Shown one piece after another: positions 1-10,232 of a stretch of 64,000 nucleotides of DNA; positions within the stretch are counted from its first letter, which is position 1, and every line of letters begins with the position of its first letter. The notes under the pieces were generated by a model. It was not told the DNA's origin, did not search any database, and worked only from the letters and a program-made list of their open reading frames with translations. The position numbers were made by a program, and so were the translations under genes. The DNA comes from an uncultured Rhodospirillaceae bacterium (GTDB lineage Bacteria > Pseudomonadota > Alphaproteobacteria > Rhodospirillales > UBA2165), in the NCBI GenBank assembly GCA_964574215.1, contig CAZNLR010000002.1, forward strand, positions 2,003 through 66,002. The letters run 5' to 3'.

Positions 1-1539
1 AAGGCCGCGATTGCGCAGGACTTGGATGCGCTGGGGATCGATTACGTGGAGGGCGGCTGGCCGGGCGCCAATCCGACCGACGATGCTTTTTTCAGTGATC
101 CACCGCAATTGAAGAACGCAAAATTTACCGCCTTCGGTATGACGCGGCGGCCCGGCAGAAGCACCGCCAACGATCCGGGCCTGTCTTCACTGCTTGATGT
201 CAAAACCAAAGTCGTATGTATCGTCGGCAAAACCTGGGATTTTCAGGTTGAGGTGGCGCTGGGCATAGATTTGGATGAAAACGTCGCGATGATTGGCGAT
301 TCGATCGCGCACGCTAAGAACGTCGCCGGCGAGGCTCTTTTCGACGCCGAACATTTTTTTGATGGCTATAAGGAAAATCCCGAATATTCGCTGAAATGCC
401 TGAATGCCGCCGCCGAAGCCGGGGCGCGCTGGATCGTCCTGTGCGATACCAATGGCGGCACGCTGCCCGACGAGATTGAAACAATTGTTTCCGAAGTGAT
501 CAAAACCATTCCCGGAGACCGGCTCGGCATCCATTGCCATGACGATACCGGTAATGCGGTCGCCAACAGCCTGGCGGCGGTGCGCACCGGCGTCCGCCAC
601 GTGCAGGGGACCTTGAACGGGCTGGGCGAACGGTGCGGTAACGCCAATCTGATTTCATTGATCCCGACGCTGATGCTGAAAATGGGTTATGAGACAGGCA
701 TTTCGCCGACCGATCTAACCCGTTTGACCCATGTGTCCCACGCCCTGGATGAGCGGCTCAACCGCGCGCCCAACCGAGGTGCGCCCTATGTCGGCGAATC
801 CGCTTTCGCCCACAAAGGCGGACTTCATGTGTCGGCGGTCGAAAAAGATCCAAAATGCTATGAGCATATTGCGCCGGAGTTGGTGGGAAATCGCCGCCAC
901 ATCGTCGTTTCCGATCAAGCCGGCCGGTCTAATATTCTGGCTATGTTCCGCGATATCGGTCTTGATGTCGACGCCAAGGACCCCAAAGTCACGCGGCTGG
1001 TGGAGCAGGTTAAGGAACTGGAATTCGCCGGTTACGCCTATGACGGCGCCGAAGCCAGCTTCGAACTCCTCGCCCGACGCGCCTTGGAAACGGTTCCCGA
1101 ATTTTTTCGTCTCAACAGTTTCCGGGTCATCGACGAGCGCCGCTGGAATGCGCGCGATGAACTGATTACCATTTCGGAGGCCACCATCAAGGCCCAGGTC
1201 AAAGGCAAGGAATTTATGACCGTCGCCGAAGGAAACGGCCCGGTGAACGCTCTCGACTCGGCGCTTCGCGAGGTGCTGGTGCCCATTTATCCTGAACTGG
1301 GCGATTTGCGCCTGGTCGATTATAAGGTGCGCATTTTGACGCCGTCCGATGCCACCGGTGCGGTAACGCGGGTGATGATCGAAAGCGCCGATGATCATGG
1401 CGCCCGGTGGTCCACGGTGGGTGTGTCGGCGAATATCATTGATGCGTCCTACGCCGCCCTCAGGGATTCCATCGTCTTCAAGTTGCTGCGTGACAACGCC
1501 AAAGTCGGCGGAAATCTGAACGGCGACACCCCCAACTAA
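1..1539 (+). CDS. cimA: Citramalate synthase / LeuA-family aldolase (5' end cut by window edge)
   Basis: Frame 1 is open from base 1, so the TTG at 22 is only an ORF-track artefact. Motifs 'GIDYVEGGWPGANPTD', 'HCHDDTGNAVANSLAAV' and 'GTLNGLGERCGNANL' fit the HMGL-like/LeuA family. The long C-terminal regulatory-type region is typical of CimA. Confidence 0.85.
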   Translation, partial: KAAIAQDLDALGIDYVEGGWPGANPTDDAFFSDPPQLKNAKFTAFGMTRRPGRSTANDPGLSSLLDVKTKVVCIVGKTWDFQVEVALGIDLDENVAMIGDSIAHAKNVAGEALFDAEHFFDGYKENPEYSLKCLNAAAEAGARWIVLCDTNGGTLPDEIETIVSEVIKTIPGDRLGIHCHDDTGNAVANSLAAVRTGVRHVQGTLNGLGERCGNANLISLIPTLMLKMGYETGISPTDLTRLTHVSHALDERLNRAPNRGAPYVGESAFAHKGGLHVSAVEKDPKCYEHIAPELVGNRRHIVVSDQAGRSNILAMFRDIGLDVDAKDPKVTRLVEQVKELEFAGYAYDGAEASFELLARRALETVPEFFRLNSFRVIDERRWNARDELITISEATIKAQVKGKEFMTVAEGNGPVNALDSALREVLVPIYPELGDLRLVDYKVRILTPSDATGAVTRVMIESADDHGARWSTVGVSANIIDASYAALRDSIVFKLLRDNAKVGGNLNGDTPN

Positions 1540-1572
1540 ATCCTCATATTAGCCTTAGGAGGATTTGAACCG

Positions 1573-2355
1573 ATGGCCGGGACGGACAAGACCCAAACCA
1601 AAAATGACAAAACGGTTTCTCCGGCCGAATGCGGGCCAGCGGTCATTCTGGTCGACCCTCAACTGGGAGAAAATATCGGTATGGTCGCCCGGGCCATGCT
1701 CAATTGCGGATTGACCGATCTCCGCTTGGTGCGTCCCCGCGACGGTTGGCCCAGTGAAAAAGCCGTCAGCGCGGCTGCCGGCGCTGATATCGTCCTGGAA
1801 CGGGCGGAGCTGTTCGAAAAAACCGAAGATGCCATCGCCGATCTCAGCCACGTCTATGCCGCCACCGCCCGGCGGCGGGATATGACCATGAACGTGCTGA
1901 CACCGGCCCAAGCGGCCGGGGATATCCGCCGGGCGGACGCGGGCGCGTCCGGGATTATTTTCGGCGGAGAGGCCAAGGGTTTGAAAAACGACGATGTCGT
2001 GCTGGCCGAAAAGATTATCACAACCCCCCTCAATCCCGGATTTTCCTCCTTGAATCTGTCCCAGGCGGTGCTGGTCGTCGCCTACGAATGGTTTAAGCTT
2101 GGTGACGATACGCCGGCCAGGGAACTTATGGTGGGCGATTCCAGGCCCGCCAATAAGCAGGAGATGATCGGTCTGTTTGAGCATCTGGAGGAGGAGCTCG
2201 ATAACAGCGGCTTTTTGTGGCTCAAGGAAAAGCGGCCCATCATGGTGCGCAACTTGCGCAATATCCTGCAGCGGGCCGATCTGACGGAACAGGAGGTCCG
2301 CACCCTCCGTGGCGTCATCAAAAGCCTCGCCCAAAGCCCCGCCAAAAAAAGTTAA
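1573..2355 (+). CDS. trmJ: SpoU/TrmH-family tRNA 2'-O-methyltransferase (TrmJ-like)
   Basis: AGGAGG at 1557-1562 precedes the ATG. 'VILVDPQLGENIGMVARAMLNCGLTDLRLVRPR' and 'FSSLNLSQAV' are SpoU motifs. The C-terminal extension is as seen in TrmJ. Confidence 0.75.
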   Translation: MAGTDKTQTKNDKTVSPAECGPAVILVDPQLGENIGMVARAMLNCGLTDLRLVRPRDGWPSEKAVSAAAGADIVLERAELFEKTEDAIADLSHVYAATARRRDMTMNVLTPAQAAGDIRRADAGASGIIFGGEAKGLKNDDVVLAEKIITTPLNPGFSSLNLSQAVLVVAYEWFKLGDDTPARELMVGDSRPANKQEMIGLFEHLEEELDNSGFLWLKEKRPIMVRNLRNILQRADLTEQEVRTLRGVIKSLAQSPAKKS

Positions 2356-2375
2356 TTATCGACTGTCGATTAATT
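2352..2375. repeat. AT-rich palindrome, copy 1 (core ATCGAC-T-GTCGAT); overlaps the trmJ stop codon
   Basis: Sequence TTAATTATCGACTGTCGATTAATT was read directly. It has 6-1-6 perfect arms with imperfect AT-rich extensions. Confidence 0.8.
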
Positions 2376-2395
2376 CACACCCGTTCACAACTTCC

Positions 2396-2419
2396 TTAAT
2401 TTATCGACTGTCGATAAAT
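2396..2419. repeat. AT-rich palindrome, copy 2 (perfect 10-1-10: ATTTATCGAC-T-GTCGATAAAT at 2399-2419)
   Basis: Read directly. It lies 15 nt from the rnhA stop. Its first 18 nt (TTAATTTATCGACTGTCG) are identical to 24666-24683. Confidence 0.85.
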
Positions 2420-2433
2420 AGGCGGGAGAGATA

Positions 2434-2880
2434 CTAGCGGACCGTGTCGACGCCTTGGCGGGCCAGTTGATCGGCGCGCTCGTTTTCGGGATGGCCGGCA
2501 TGACCTTTGATCCACCGCCAGGAAATGTCGTACTTACCGTTGAGTTGGTCCAACTCCCGCCAGAGATCGTGGTTAACCCGGTAGCCGCCGCCCTTGACCT
2601 TGTAGTCCTTGGCTTTCCAGCCTTCCAGCCATTCGGTCATGCCTTTTTGAACATACTGGCTGTCCGTATAGACGCTAACGGTGCAGGGTTTTTTCAAGGC
2701 CTTCAGGCCCTCGATAACGGCTTGAAGCTCCATGCGGTTGTTGGTTGTTTCCGGCTCGCCGCCGTACAGTTCCTTCTCCTCTCCCCGCCAGCGGAGGATC
2801 ACACCCCAGCCGCCCGGACCGGGATTGCCGCTGCAGGCGCCGTCGGTAAAAATCTCCACCTGTGAAGTCTGATCAGTCAT
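2434..2880 (-). CDS. rnhA: Ribonuclease HI
   Basis: 148 aa. '[22 protein letters not shown]', 'TNNRMEL' and '[18 protein letters not shown]' are the canonical RNase H catalytic motifs (D-E-D-D). Confidence 0.95.
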   Translation of the reverse strand: MTDQTSQVEIFTDGACSGNPGPGGWGVILRWRGEEKELYGGEPETTNNRMELQAVIEGLKALKKPCTVSVYTDSQYVQKGMTEWLEGWKAKDYKVKGGGYRVNHDLWRELDQLNGKYDISWRWIKGHAGHPENERADQLARQGVDTVR

Positions 2881-3053
2881 TTTCGCCTTCTAGCGGATGC
2901 CCGGCTTTTGTTCAAGCATCCCCGTGCGGCAAAACGTAGATTTGACTTTACTTTTATGACTCTAAGGGTATTCCGAGGTGTTTAAGTAAGTCAAAATCGC
3001 ATAAGATGTGATTGGCTGGCGCAATTTAGTCTATGGGTGATTTGAGGTATCCC

Positions 3054-4820
3054 ATGCAAAGATCCCAATGCCGTCTGATCCGTAAATGGAAGTTGTCGTT
3101 CTTGCGTACCGTTTCTATGCTTTTCACCGCTGTTTTGGTCGCCGGCCTGGCCGGAATACCGACGCATGCGTGGGCTGCGGCACGGGCGGGCAGCGATCCC
3201 GAACCGGTCGTCGAAGAGTTGATACCGGCCAATGATCTGGTGAGAACAATCCAGACCATGTTGACCAACATGGGATATTATGACGGTCCTTCTGACGGCA
3301 GAATGAATGCCGCCCTGCGCAAATCCATCAAGGCCTACCAGAAACGCCTTGGCCGAAAAGTCGACGGTGAAGTTTCCGAGGAACTGGCCAAGCATATGGA
3401 AACCCAAAGCAAGGTGGGCGCCATGCTTCGTCATATCGACGAGGTTCGGGAGAAGAATATCGAGGCCGCAAAAAAGGCCTTGCTCAGCAACGACGCCACC
3501 CGTGAGCTGTTGACCAAATCCACCAGCGAAGAGGTGGCCGACCCGACCCGCGACTCGTCACCCTGTTTTCAGAAACCGGCTGAAAAATGCCTGCTGGAAG
3601 AAGCGGTGGAAAGCGCCAAAGCCATACACAAGGCCGAACTGCGCGACTGGGCTCTGGGAGAGATTCTGGTCGCCCAGGCGAAGGCGGGATTTCTGGATGG
3701 CGCCATCTCGACGGTCCGGCGGATCGGTGACGCCCGGTTGATCATTGTCGCCCTCCGCGATATCGCACGGGCCCAGGCCCGGGCAGGCCGTATCAAGGAA
3801 GCCTGGGAAGCGGCCCAGATAATTCCACGGCATTTTCAAAGATTGGAGGCTTTGACGTCGATCGCCGACATCCAAATTAAAAATGGCGATAACGATGGAG
3901 CCCACGAGACGGCGGCACAGATAATACTTATGTCCGACCGGTTGAAGGACCCGTTACAGCATGTGACGTTGTTGGCGCAAATGGCGGTGGTTTTGACCAA
4001 AATAGGCGATATCGGCGGCGCCGAAGACGCCTTGGTGTCGGCACAGAAAATTGCCAGATCGCAGGAATTCACGGATAAGCTCAGCGAATTGGAAAAGGGC
4101 GCCGCTTTACGTCATGTCGCTTCGGCATTTGCCGAAATCGGCCAACCGACGCGGGCGCTGTCCCTGATCAAGGAGGTCACCGGCGCCTATGACCGGACAG
4201 CCGTATTGATGAGCGCGGCGACGGCACAGGCAACGTCCGGCGATACGATTGCGGCGCTGGCAACGTCGAAAAAAATCGAATCAAATCGTTACCGGTCAGT
4301 GGTCCAGGGTCGCATCGCCGTTGCTCTGGCCCGCAAAGGAGAATTGGCGCGCGCGGCGAGAACCATCAGCAAGGCGCTCGATTCCACCAATGATATCGAA
4401 TTGCCCTACGCGCGTTCCTACGCGATCGGTCAGTTGACCCTTTCCCTGGTGGAAATCGGCGTCAATTATGGCAACGGCAATCTGATTAAGGCGGCTGATA
4501 CCGCCAATGAAATTGAGAACGACCGTCTACGGGCATATGCGCTTTGGACCGTGGCTGCGGCCCAAGCCAAAAAAGGGTTGCGGCGCGAGGTCGGCAAGAC
4601 CGAAAAGCTGGCATTGGAGGCAACCGACGCCATAGGCAGTACCTTAAGCCAGGTATGGATGTTGGGGGACATTGCCACTGAAAATATCCAGGCCGGTCAA
4701 ATTGATCGGGCGGCGAAAGCATTCAAGCGGGGAATCGTTATCGCCGAATCGATACAAAACGCCTGGGGCCGTGCCCGCGCCCTGGCAAAAATGGCCATTA
4801 CCCTTCACGAATTTCCCTGA
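3054..4820 (+). CDS. Secreted protein: signal peptide, peptidoglycan-binding (PG_binding_1-like) domain, then about 11 degenerate alpha-helical repeats
   Basis: GAGG at 3043-3046 precedes the ATG at 3054; alternative starts are 3033 and 3117. The signal-like N-terminus ends in 'AGIPTHAWA'. 'MLTNMGYYDGPSDGRMNAALRKSIKAYQKRLGRKVDGEVSEEL' is PG-binding-like. A repeated 'R--AL--IA-AQA-AG' periodicity follows. Confidence 0.7.
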   Translation: MQRSQCRLIRKWKLSFLRTVSMLFTAVLVAGLAGIPTHAWAAARAGSDPEPVVEELIPANDLVRTIQTMLTNMGYYDGPSDGRMNAALRKSIKAYQKRLGRKVDGEVSEELAKHMETQSKVGAMLRHIDEVREKNIEAAKKALLSNDATRELLTKSTSEEVADPTRDSSPCFQKPAEKCLLEEAVESAKAIHKAELRDWALGEILVAQAKAGFLDGAISTVRRIGDARLIIVALRDIARAQARAGRIKEAWEAAQIIPRHFQRLEALTSIADIQIKNGDNDGAHETAAQIILMSDRLKDPLQHVTLLAQMAVVLTKIGDIGGAEDALVSAQKIARSQEFTDKLSELEKGAALRHVASAFAEIGQPTRALSLIKEVTGAYDRTAVLMSAATAQATSGDTIAALATSKKIESNRYRSVVQGRIAVALARKGELARAARTISKALDSTNDIELPYARSYAIGQLTLSLVEIGVNYGNGNLIKAADTANEIENDRLRAYALWTVAAAQAKKGLRREVGKTEKLALEATDAIGSTLSQVWMLGDIATENIQAGQIDRAAKAFKRGIVIAESIQNAWGRARALAKMAITLHEFP

Positions 4821-4973
4821 ATAAATTGCCGTATTCTGCGAAAGTTTCCCGATTCAGGATTTTTTTGATCTAAATCGAGCCGGGGTCGCTTTGATTCTCT
4901 TGTTCCCGTTGATCCTCTCCACTAGAGTCCGGAATCCTAAACAATGAAGTTAATTCAACGGGAGAAATTCAAA

Positions 4974-5216
4974 ATGGCTGATCCGGTTATCGTCCAGAAA
5001 AAACCTTACCATGTAGAAGTTACAGAAGGCGAAAAGTACGCTTGGTGCACCTGTGGTTTGAGCGAAAAACAACCATTTTGCGACGGCAAACATAAAACCG
5101 ACGGCAATTTTAAACCGGACGTTTTCATCGCCGAGAAAACGGAAGAACTTCATCTCTGTGGTTGCAAGCACTCGAAAAACGGCCGTCATTGCGATGGCAC
5201 CCACAAATCCCTTTAA
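4974..5216 (+). CDS. CDGSH-type iron-sulfur domain protein (two CDGSH motifs)
   Basis: 'CTCGLSEKQPFCDGKHK' and 'CGCKHSKNGRHCDGTHK'. GGGAGA lies 8 nt upstream of the ATG at 4974; the ORF-track start at 4944 lacks an SD. Confidence 0.8.
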   Translation: MADPVIVQKKPYHVEVTEGEKYAWCTCGLSEKQPFCDGKHKTDGNFKPDVFIAEKTEELHLCGCKHSKNGRHCDGTHKSL

Positions 5217-5259
5217 GGGCCGGTCGGTCAATTAAATCGAGTGACAAGGGCGGCTGTTG

Positions 5260-5874
5260 ATGAAATATCGTTTTCACCTTAAACCTTTTCGGTTTTCAAT
5301 TCTTGCGCCGTTCTGCGCCGTCCTCGCGGCGGCATCGTTGACATCCTGTAGCGCCGTTGACGAATTGTCTTCCATGGTGGAAGGGCGTCAGCCGCCGCCC
5401 TGTCCACAAATCAAACTACTGAAGGACGCCGATATCGTCACCGTTTACCGGCCGGGACCGGGGCGGGATATCACCGACATTCGCTACGAAGCCGAACTCA
5501 AAGGCTTTTCCGGGGAATGCGACTATGTCGGCGATGACGGCGTCTATTCGTCGGTAAATTTGTCAATCCGCGTATCTTATGACATCTCGAGAGGGCCGGC
5601 GGAGAAGGGCAATGTGATCAAGGTGCCCTATTTCGTCGCCATTCCCCACTTTTATCCCCGGCCCGAAGGCCGCAGTGATTTTGTCAGCACGGCAAAATTC
5701 ATCGAAAACCGGGATAACATGGTGGTCGTGGACGACCCTATCCATATCTCCCTGCCATTGACCAAAGAGCGGTCCGGTCCGGATACCGAAGTTTATATCG
5801 GTTTCGTTCTTACCAAGAATCAATTGGAGTTTAACCGGGAGAAACGCCGCGCCACCGGTTTAAGCAATCCATGA
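5260..5874 (+). CDS. Hypothetical lipoprotein, translationally coupled to gcvT
   Basis: Signal peptide with lipobox 'SLTSC'. The stop TGA (5872-5874) overlaps the gcvT ATG (5871) as ATGA. I could not recognise a domain. Confidence 0.65.
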   Translation: MKYRFHLKPFRFSILAPFCAVLAAASLTSCSAVDELSSMVEGRQPPPCPQIKLLKDADIVTVYRPGPGRDITDIRYEAELKGFSGECDYVGDDGVYSSVNLSIRVSYDISRGPAEKGNVIKVPYFVAIPHFYPRPEGRSDFVSTAKFIENRDNMVVVDDPIHISLPLTKERSGPDTEVYIGFVLTKNQLEFNREKRRATGLSNP

Positions 5875-6977
5875 CGGAATCGAATACCAAGAAGACGGCA
5901 TTACATAATCTGCACCAGCGCTTGGGCGCTAAAATGACGCCGTTCGCCGGATACGAGATGCCGGTCCAGTATCAGGACGGTATTCTGGCCGAACATGCCC
6001 ATACCAGAACCAACGCGGGTCTGTTCGATGTCAGCCATATGGGACAGGCGATGCTGCGCGGGGCGGATGCGGCGGCGGGGCTGGAGGAATTGGTCCCTGG
6101 CGATATTACGGGTTTGGCTGAAGGGCAAATCCGCTACACCCAGTTTACCAATGAAAAAGGCGGCATTATCGACGATCTGATGGTGACCAATCGCGGTGAT
6201 CATTTGTTTTTGGTAGTGAATGCCGGATGCAAGGAAAAGGATTTCGACCATATCAAAGAACATCTCAGCGGGCGGTGTGATCTCGAAGTTCTCGACGGCA
6301 AAGGCTTGGTTGCTTTGCAGGGACCGGCCGCCGCTGACGTATTAAGCCGGCTGGCGCCGGGGGTGGAGAGCATGCCGTTTATGGCCATGAAGGAAGTGGA
6401 CGTCGAGGGAATTTCCTGCCTGGTTTCGCGCTCCGGTTACACCGGGGAAGACGGTTACGAAATTTCCGTGCCCGCCGACCAGGCCGAATCGCTGGCGGAA
6501 AAATTGTTGAATGAAGCCGAAGTGGCACCCATCGGTCTCGGCGCCCGCGATTCGTTGCGGTTGGAGGCGGGCTTGTGTCTTTACGGCCATGACATCGACG
6601 ATGAGACGACGCCCATCGAAGCGGGTCTCCTGTGGTCCATTGGTAAACGCCGCCGTCAGGAAGGCGGATTTTTGGGCGCTGATACCGTTTTGCGCCAGAT
6701 TGGCGAGGGCGCCCCCCGCAAAAGAATCGGCATCAAACCGCAAGGGCGTGCCCCCGCCCGGGAAGGCGCCGACGTCGTCGATTCTAACGGCGCGGTCATC
6801 GGCAGGGTCACCAGCGGCGGATTCGGGCCGACGGTTCAAGGACCTGTTGCCATGGGCTACGTAATTTCGGAAAATGCCGTGCCCGATACGCAAGTCGGGT
6901 TGATTGTCCGGGGAAAAAATTTACCAGCGAATTTGGTCAGGCTGCCATTTGTAGAACATCGATATTTTAGAGGTTGA
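5871..6977 (+). CDS. gcvT: Glycine cleavage system aminomethyltransferase (T protein)
   Basis: 368 aa. 'LFDVSHMG', 'SRSGYTGEDGYEIS' and 'GLGARDSLRLEAGLCLYGHD' are typical GcvT motifs, and gcvH/P follow downstream. Confidence 0.95.
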   Translation: MTESNTKKTALHNLHQRLGAKMTPFAGYEMPVQYQDGILAEHAHTRTNAGLFDVSHMGQAMLRGADAAAGLEELVPGDITGLAEGQIRYTQFTNEKGGIIDDLMVTNRGDHLFLVVNAGCKEKDFDHIKEHLSGRCDLEVLDGKGLVALQGPAAADVLSRLAPGVESMPFMAMKEVDVEGISCLVSRSGYTGEDGYEISVPADQAESLAEKLLNEAEVAPIGLGARDSLRLEAGLCLYGHDIDDETTPIEAGLLWSIGKRRRQEGGFLGADTVLRQIGEGAPRKRIGIKPQGRAPAREGADVVDSNGAVIGRVTSGGFGPTVQGPVAMGYVISENAVPDTQVGLIVRGKNLPANLVRLPFVEHRYFRG

Positions 6978-6995
6978 AACATTAGGACATAGCAA

Positions 6996-7373
6996 ATGGC
7001 GACATTAAAATTTACCGAAGATCACGAATGGTTGTCGATCGCCGGCGATGAGGCCGTCGTGGGAATTACCGAGTACGCCCAGGCCCAATTGGGCGATATC
7101 GTTTTTGTGGAACTGCCCGAATCGGGCACGTCTTTTTCCAAAGGTGATGAAGCTGCGGTGGTCGAATCCGTCAAAGCCGCGGCGGAAGTTTATGCCCCTC
7201 TCAGCGGCGAGATTACCGACGCCAACGGCGCCTTGGAAGATGAACCCGGGTTGGTGAACTCCGAAGCTGAATCCGGTGGCTGGTTTTTTAAAATGAAAAT
7301 TTCCGATCAGTCGGAACTGGAAAGTCTGTTGGATGAAGAGGGCTACAAGGCCTTCGTTGCGGACCTCGGTTAA
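6996..7373 (+). CDS. gcvH: Glycine cleavage system H protein (lipoyl carrier)
   Basis: 125 aa. 'HEWL', '[19 protein letters not shown]' and '[16 protein letters not shown]' (lipoyl-lysine motif). Confidence 0.95.
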   Translation: MATLKFTEDHEWLSIAGDEAVVGITEYAQAQLGDIVFVELPESGTSFSKGDEAAVVESVKAAAEVYAPLSGEITDANGALEDEPGLVNSEAESGGWFFKMKISDQSELESLLDEEGYKAFVADLG

Positions 7374-8719
7374 TGCGTTATCTGCCCCTGACGGATAACG
7401 ACCGCCGGGAGATGCTGAACGCCATCGGCGTCGCCGACACCGAAGCGCTTTATAAGGATGTGCCGGCGGCGACGCTGTTGGCCGAAGCGGTCGATCTACC
7501 TGCCCATGAGGGCGAACTGGCGGTCGAGCGGATCATTGCCGATTTAGCGGCCGAAAACACCGGTGCCGGGGCGGCGCCCTTTTTTCTCGGTGCGGGAAAT
7601 TACCATCATCATATTCCGGCCATCGCCGATCACTTGGTGCAGAGAAGCGAATTTCTCACCTCATATACCCCATACCAGCCGGAGGTGTCCCAGGGCACCC
7701 TGCAGGCCTTGTTCGAGTTTCAGACCCAGGTTGCTCTGATTACCGGAATGGACGTCGCCAACGCCTCCCTGTGGGATGGATCGACGGCCACTGCCGAAGC
7801 CGCCATGATGGCTTGCCGGGTAACGCGGCGGAACCGGGTTCTGCTGTCCGGTAATTTGCATCCTCATTACGTCGATGTAACCCGGACCAACGCCAAATTT
7901 CTCGATCTGGCAATAGAGGCAGCCGTTCCCAAGCCGGACGGTGGCGAAGATTTGATCCCCATGATCGACGACGACACGGCCTGCGTTGTCGTCCAAAACC
8001 CGGATCTGTTCGGCTATCTCCGGGATTTTTCACCATTGGCCGACGCTTGCCACGAAAAAGGCGCGTTGCTGGTTGTGGTGGTGAATGAGGTCGTCTCCCT
8101 GGGCGCGGTGATGGCGCCGGGCGATATGGGCGCAGATATCGTCGCCGCCGAAGGACAGTCCCTGGGAAACGCCTTGAGCTATGGCGGACCCCATGTGGGA
8201 TTGTTTGCCGTCCGGGAAAAATTTCTGCGTCAGATGCCGGGCCGGTTGGCCGGGGAAACCAAGGATACCGACGGGCGTCGCGGCTGGGTGCTGACCCTGT
8301 CGACCCGGGAACAGCACATCAGGCGAGAGAAAGCGACAAGCAACATATGCACCAATTCCGGCCTCTGCGCCCTGGCTTTTTCCATCCACATGACCCTGTT
8401 GGGAGAGGCCGGATTTAAAAAGCTGGCCGATCTTAACCATGCCATGGCGGTAACGCTGGCGGACAGGCTTTCCGATGTGAAGGGCGTTGAGGTCCTTAAC
8501 GACGCGTTTTTTAACGAATTTACCCTGCGCCTCGCCAAACCGGCGGAAAATGTCGTCGAGCAACTGGCCCAAACCGGCATTCTCGCCGGCGTCCCGGTTT
8601 CAAGATTCTATCCCGGTGATAATGAATTAAGCGATTTGCTGCTGGTGGCGGCGACCGAAACGGTGACGGAAGAGGATATGAAAAAATTGACGGCAGGATT
8701 GACCGAGGCCTTGTCATGA
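7373..8719 (+). CDS. gcvPA: Glycine dehydrogenase (decarboxylating) subunit 1
   Basis: 448 aa. '[22 protein letters not shown]'. The start overlaps the gcvH stop (TAATG). Confidence 0.93.
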   Translation: MRYLPLTDNDRREMLNAIGVADTEALYKDVPAATLLAEAVDLPAHEGELAVERIIADLAAENTGAGAAPFFLGAGNYHHHIPAIADHLVQRSEFLTSYTPYQPEVSQGTLQALFEFQTQVALITGMDVANASLWDGSTATAEAAMMACRVTRRNRVLLSGNLHPHYVDVTRTNAKFLDLAIEAAVPKPDGGEDLIPMIDDDTACVVVQNPDLFGYLRDFSPLADACHEKGALLVVVVNEVVSLGAVMAPGDMGADIVAAEGQSLGNALSYGGPHVGLFAVREKFLRQMPGRLAGETKDTDGRRGWVLTLSTREQHIRREKATSNICTNSGLCALAFSIHMTLLGEAGFKKLADLNHAMAVTLADRLSDVKGVEVLNDAFFNEFTLRLAKPAENVVEQLAQTGILAGVPVSRFYPGDNELSDLLLVAATETVTEEDMKKLTAGLTEALS

Positions 8720-10218
8720 CCGATACCGTGACCGGCAACCGCGGCCTTGCCATTGAAGAAAATCTTATATTCGAACAGGATTCGCCGGATCAGTGTGCCG
8801 TCGATCTGCCCGAGCCACCCAAGGTCAAAACCCGACTCGGAAATGTCGCCCGCCGCGCCCCCATAGGCCTGCCCGGTCTTTCGGAGCCCGAGGTCATGCG
8901 CCACTATCTGCGCCTGAGCCAGAAGAATTTCGCCATCGACGCCGGTATGTATCCGTTGGGGTCATGCACCATGAAGCACAACCCGCGGCTCAACGAGAAA
9001 CTGGCCCGCCTGCCCGGCTTGGCCGATCTCCATCCTCTGCAACCCATGAGCACGGTGCAGGGGGCTCTGGAGTTGATGGACCAATGTGCCCACTGGCTCA
9101 AGGAACTGACCGGTATGCCGGCGGTTGCATTGTCGCCGGCCGCCGGCGCCCATGGCGAGCTTTGCGGCTTGATGACCATCAGGGCGGCGCTCGAGGATCA
9201 AGGTGACGCCAGGGAACGGGTGCTGGTGCCCGAATCCGCCCACGGTACAAATCCCGCCAGTGCCCATATGTGCGGCTATAAAGTCGAAGCCGTACCCGCT
9301 ACCGAGCGGGGCCGGGTCGATTTAAAAGCCCTCAAGGATAAACTCGATGACCGGGTTGCCGGGATCATGGTGACCAATCCCAACACCTGTGGCCTGTTCG
9401 AGGACGAGATTATCGAAATGAATCAGGCGGTGCACGATATCGGCGGATTCGTCTATTGCGACGGCGCCAACTTTAACGCCATCGTCGGGCGGGTGCGGCC
9501 GGGCGATCTCGGTATCGACAGCATGCATCTCAACCTGCACAAGACCTTTTCGACGCCCCATGGCGGCGGCGGACCGGGCAGCGGTCCGGTGGTGCTGTCC
9601 GAGGCGCTGGCCAATTATGCGCCGCTGCCCTATGTGGTGCACGAAAAAGACGGTTTCAAACTGATCGAACACAAAGCCGATTCCGACGCTAAACCCTACG
9701 GCAGGATGAAGGGGTTTCACGGTCAGTTCGGCGTTTTTGTGCGCTCGCTCGCTTACATGCTGAGCATGGGATCCGACGGTCTCCGCCGGGCGTCGGGCGA
9801 TGCCGTCCTCAACGCCAATTACCTGGCGGCGAAATTGAGCGATCTTCTGACGCCTTCATATGAAGGACCATGTATGCATGAAGTGCTGTTCGACGACCGC
9901 TTTCTCAAAGACACCGACGTGACCACGCTGGATTTCGCCAAGGCCATGATTGACGAAGGGTTCCATCCCATGACCATGTATTTTCCGTTGGTGGTGCAAG
10001 GGGCTCTGCTGATGGAACCCACGGAAACGGAAAGCAAGGAAACCCTCGACCAGTATATCGAAGTGGTGCGGTCCCTGGCTGAAAGGGCGCAGGCCGGTGA
10101 ATCCGAAGACTTCAAAGAAGCGCCGCGTCATACGCCCCGCCGCCGCCTCGACGAGACCACGGCTGCCCGGAATCCGATTCTGACCTGGCGTCCGCCGGTT
10201 GAAGAAGCGGCGGAATAA
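8716..10218 (+). CDS. gcvPB: Glycine dehydrogenase (decarboxylating) subunit 2
   Basis: 500 aa. '[10 protein letters not shown]' and '[21 protein letters not shown]' (PLP-lysine region). ATGA overlap with gcvPA. Confidence 0.93.
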   Translation: MTDTVTGNRGLAIEENLIFEQDSPDQCAVDLPEPPKVKTRLGNVARRAPIGLPGLSEPEVMRHYLRLSQKNFAIDAGMYPLGSCTMKHNPRLNEKLARLPGLADLHPLQPMSTVQGALELMDQCAHWLKELTGMPAVALSPAAGAHGELCGLMTIRAALEDQGDARERVLVPESAHGTNPASAHMCGYKVEAVPATERGRVDLKALKDKLDDRVAGIMVTNPNTCGLFEDEIIEMNQAVHDIGGFVYCDGANFNAIVGRVRPGDLGIDSMHLNLHKTFSTPHGGGGPGSGPVVLSEALANYAPLPYVVHEKDGFKLIEHKADSDAKPYGRMKGFHGQFGVFVRSLAYMLSMGSDGLRRASGDAVLNANYLAAKLSDLLTPSYEGPCMHEVLFDDRFLKDTDVTTLDFAKAMIDEGFHPMTMYFPLVVQGALLMEPTETESKETLDQYIEVVRSLAERAQAGESEDFKEAPRHTPRRRLDETTAARNPILTWRPPVEEAAE

Positions 10219-10232
10219 ACCGTCTGCCCGTG

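Noticed and set aside
4821-4973. Expected glycine riboswitch upstream of the gcv operon
   Set aside because: I could not find the conserved core sequences on either strand here or in 5217-5259. Without a covariance-model scan I will not call one.
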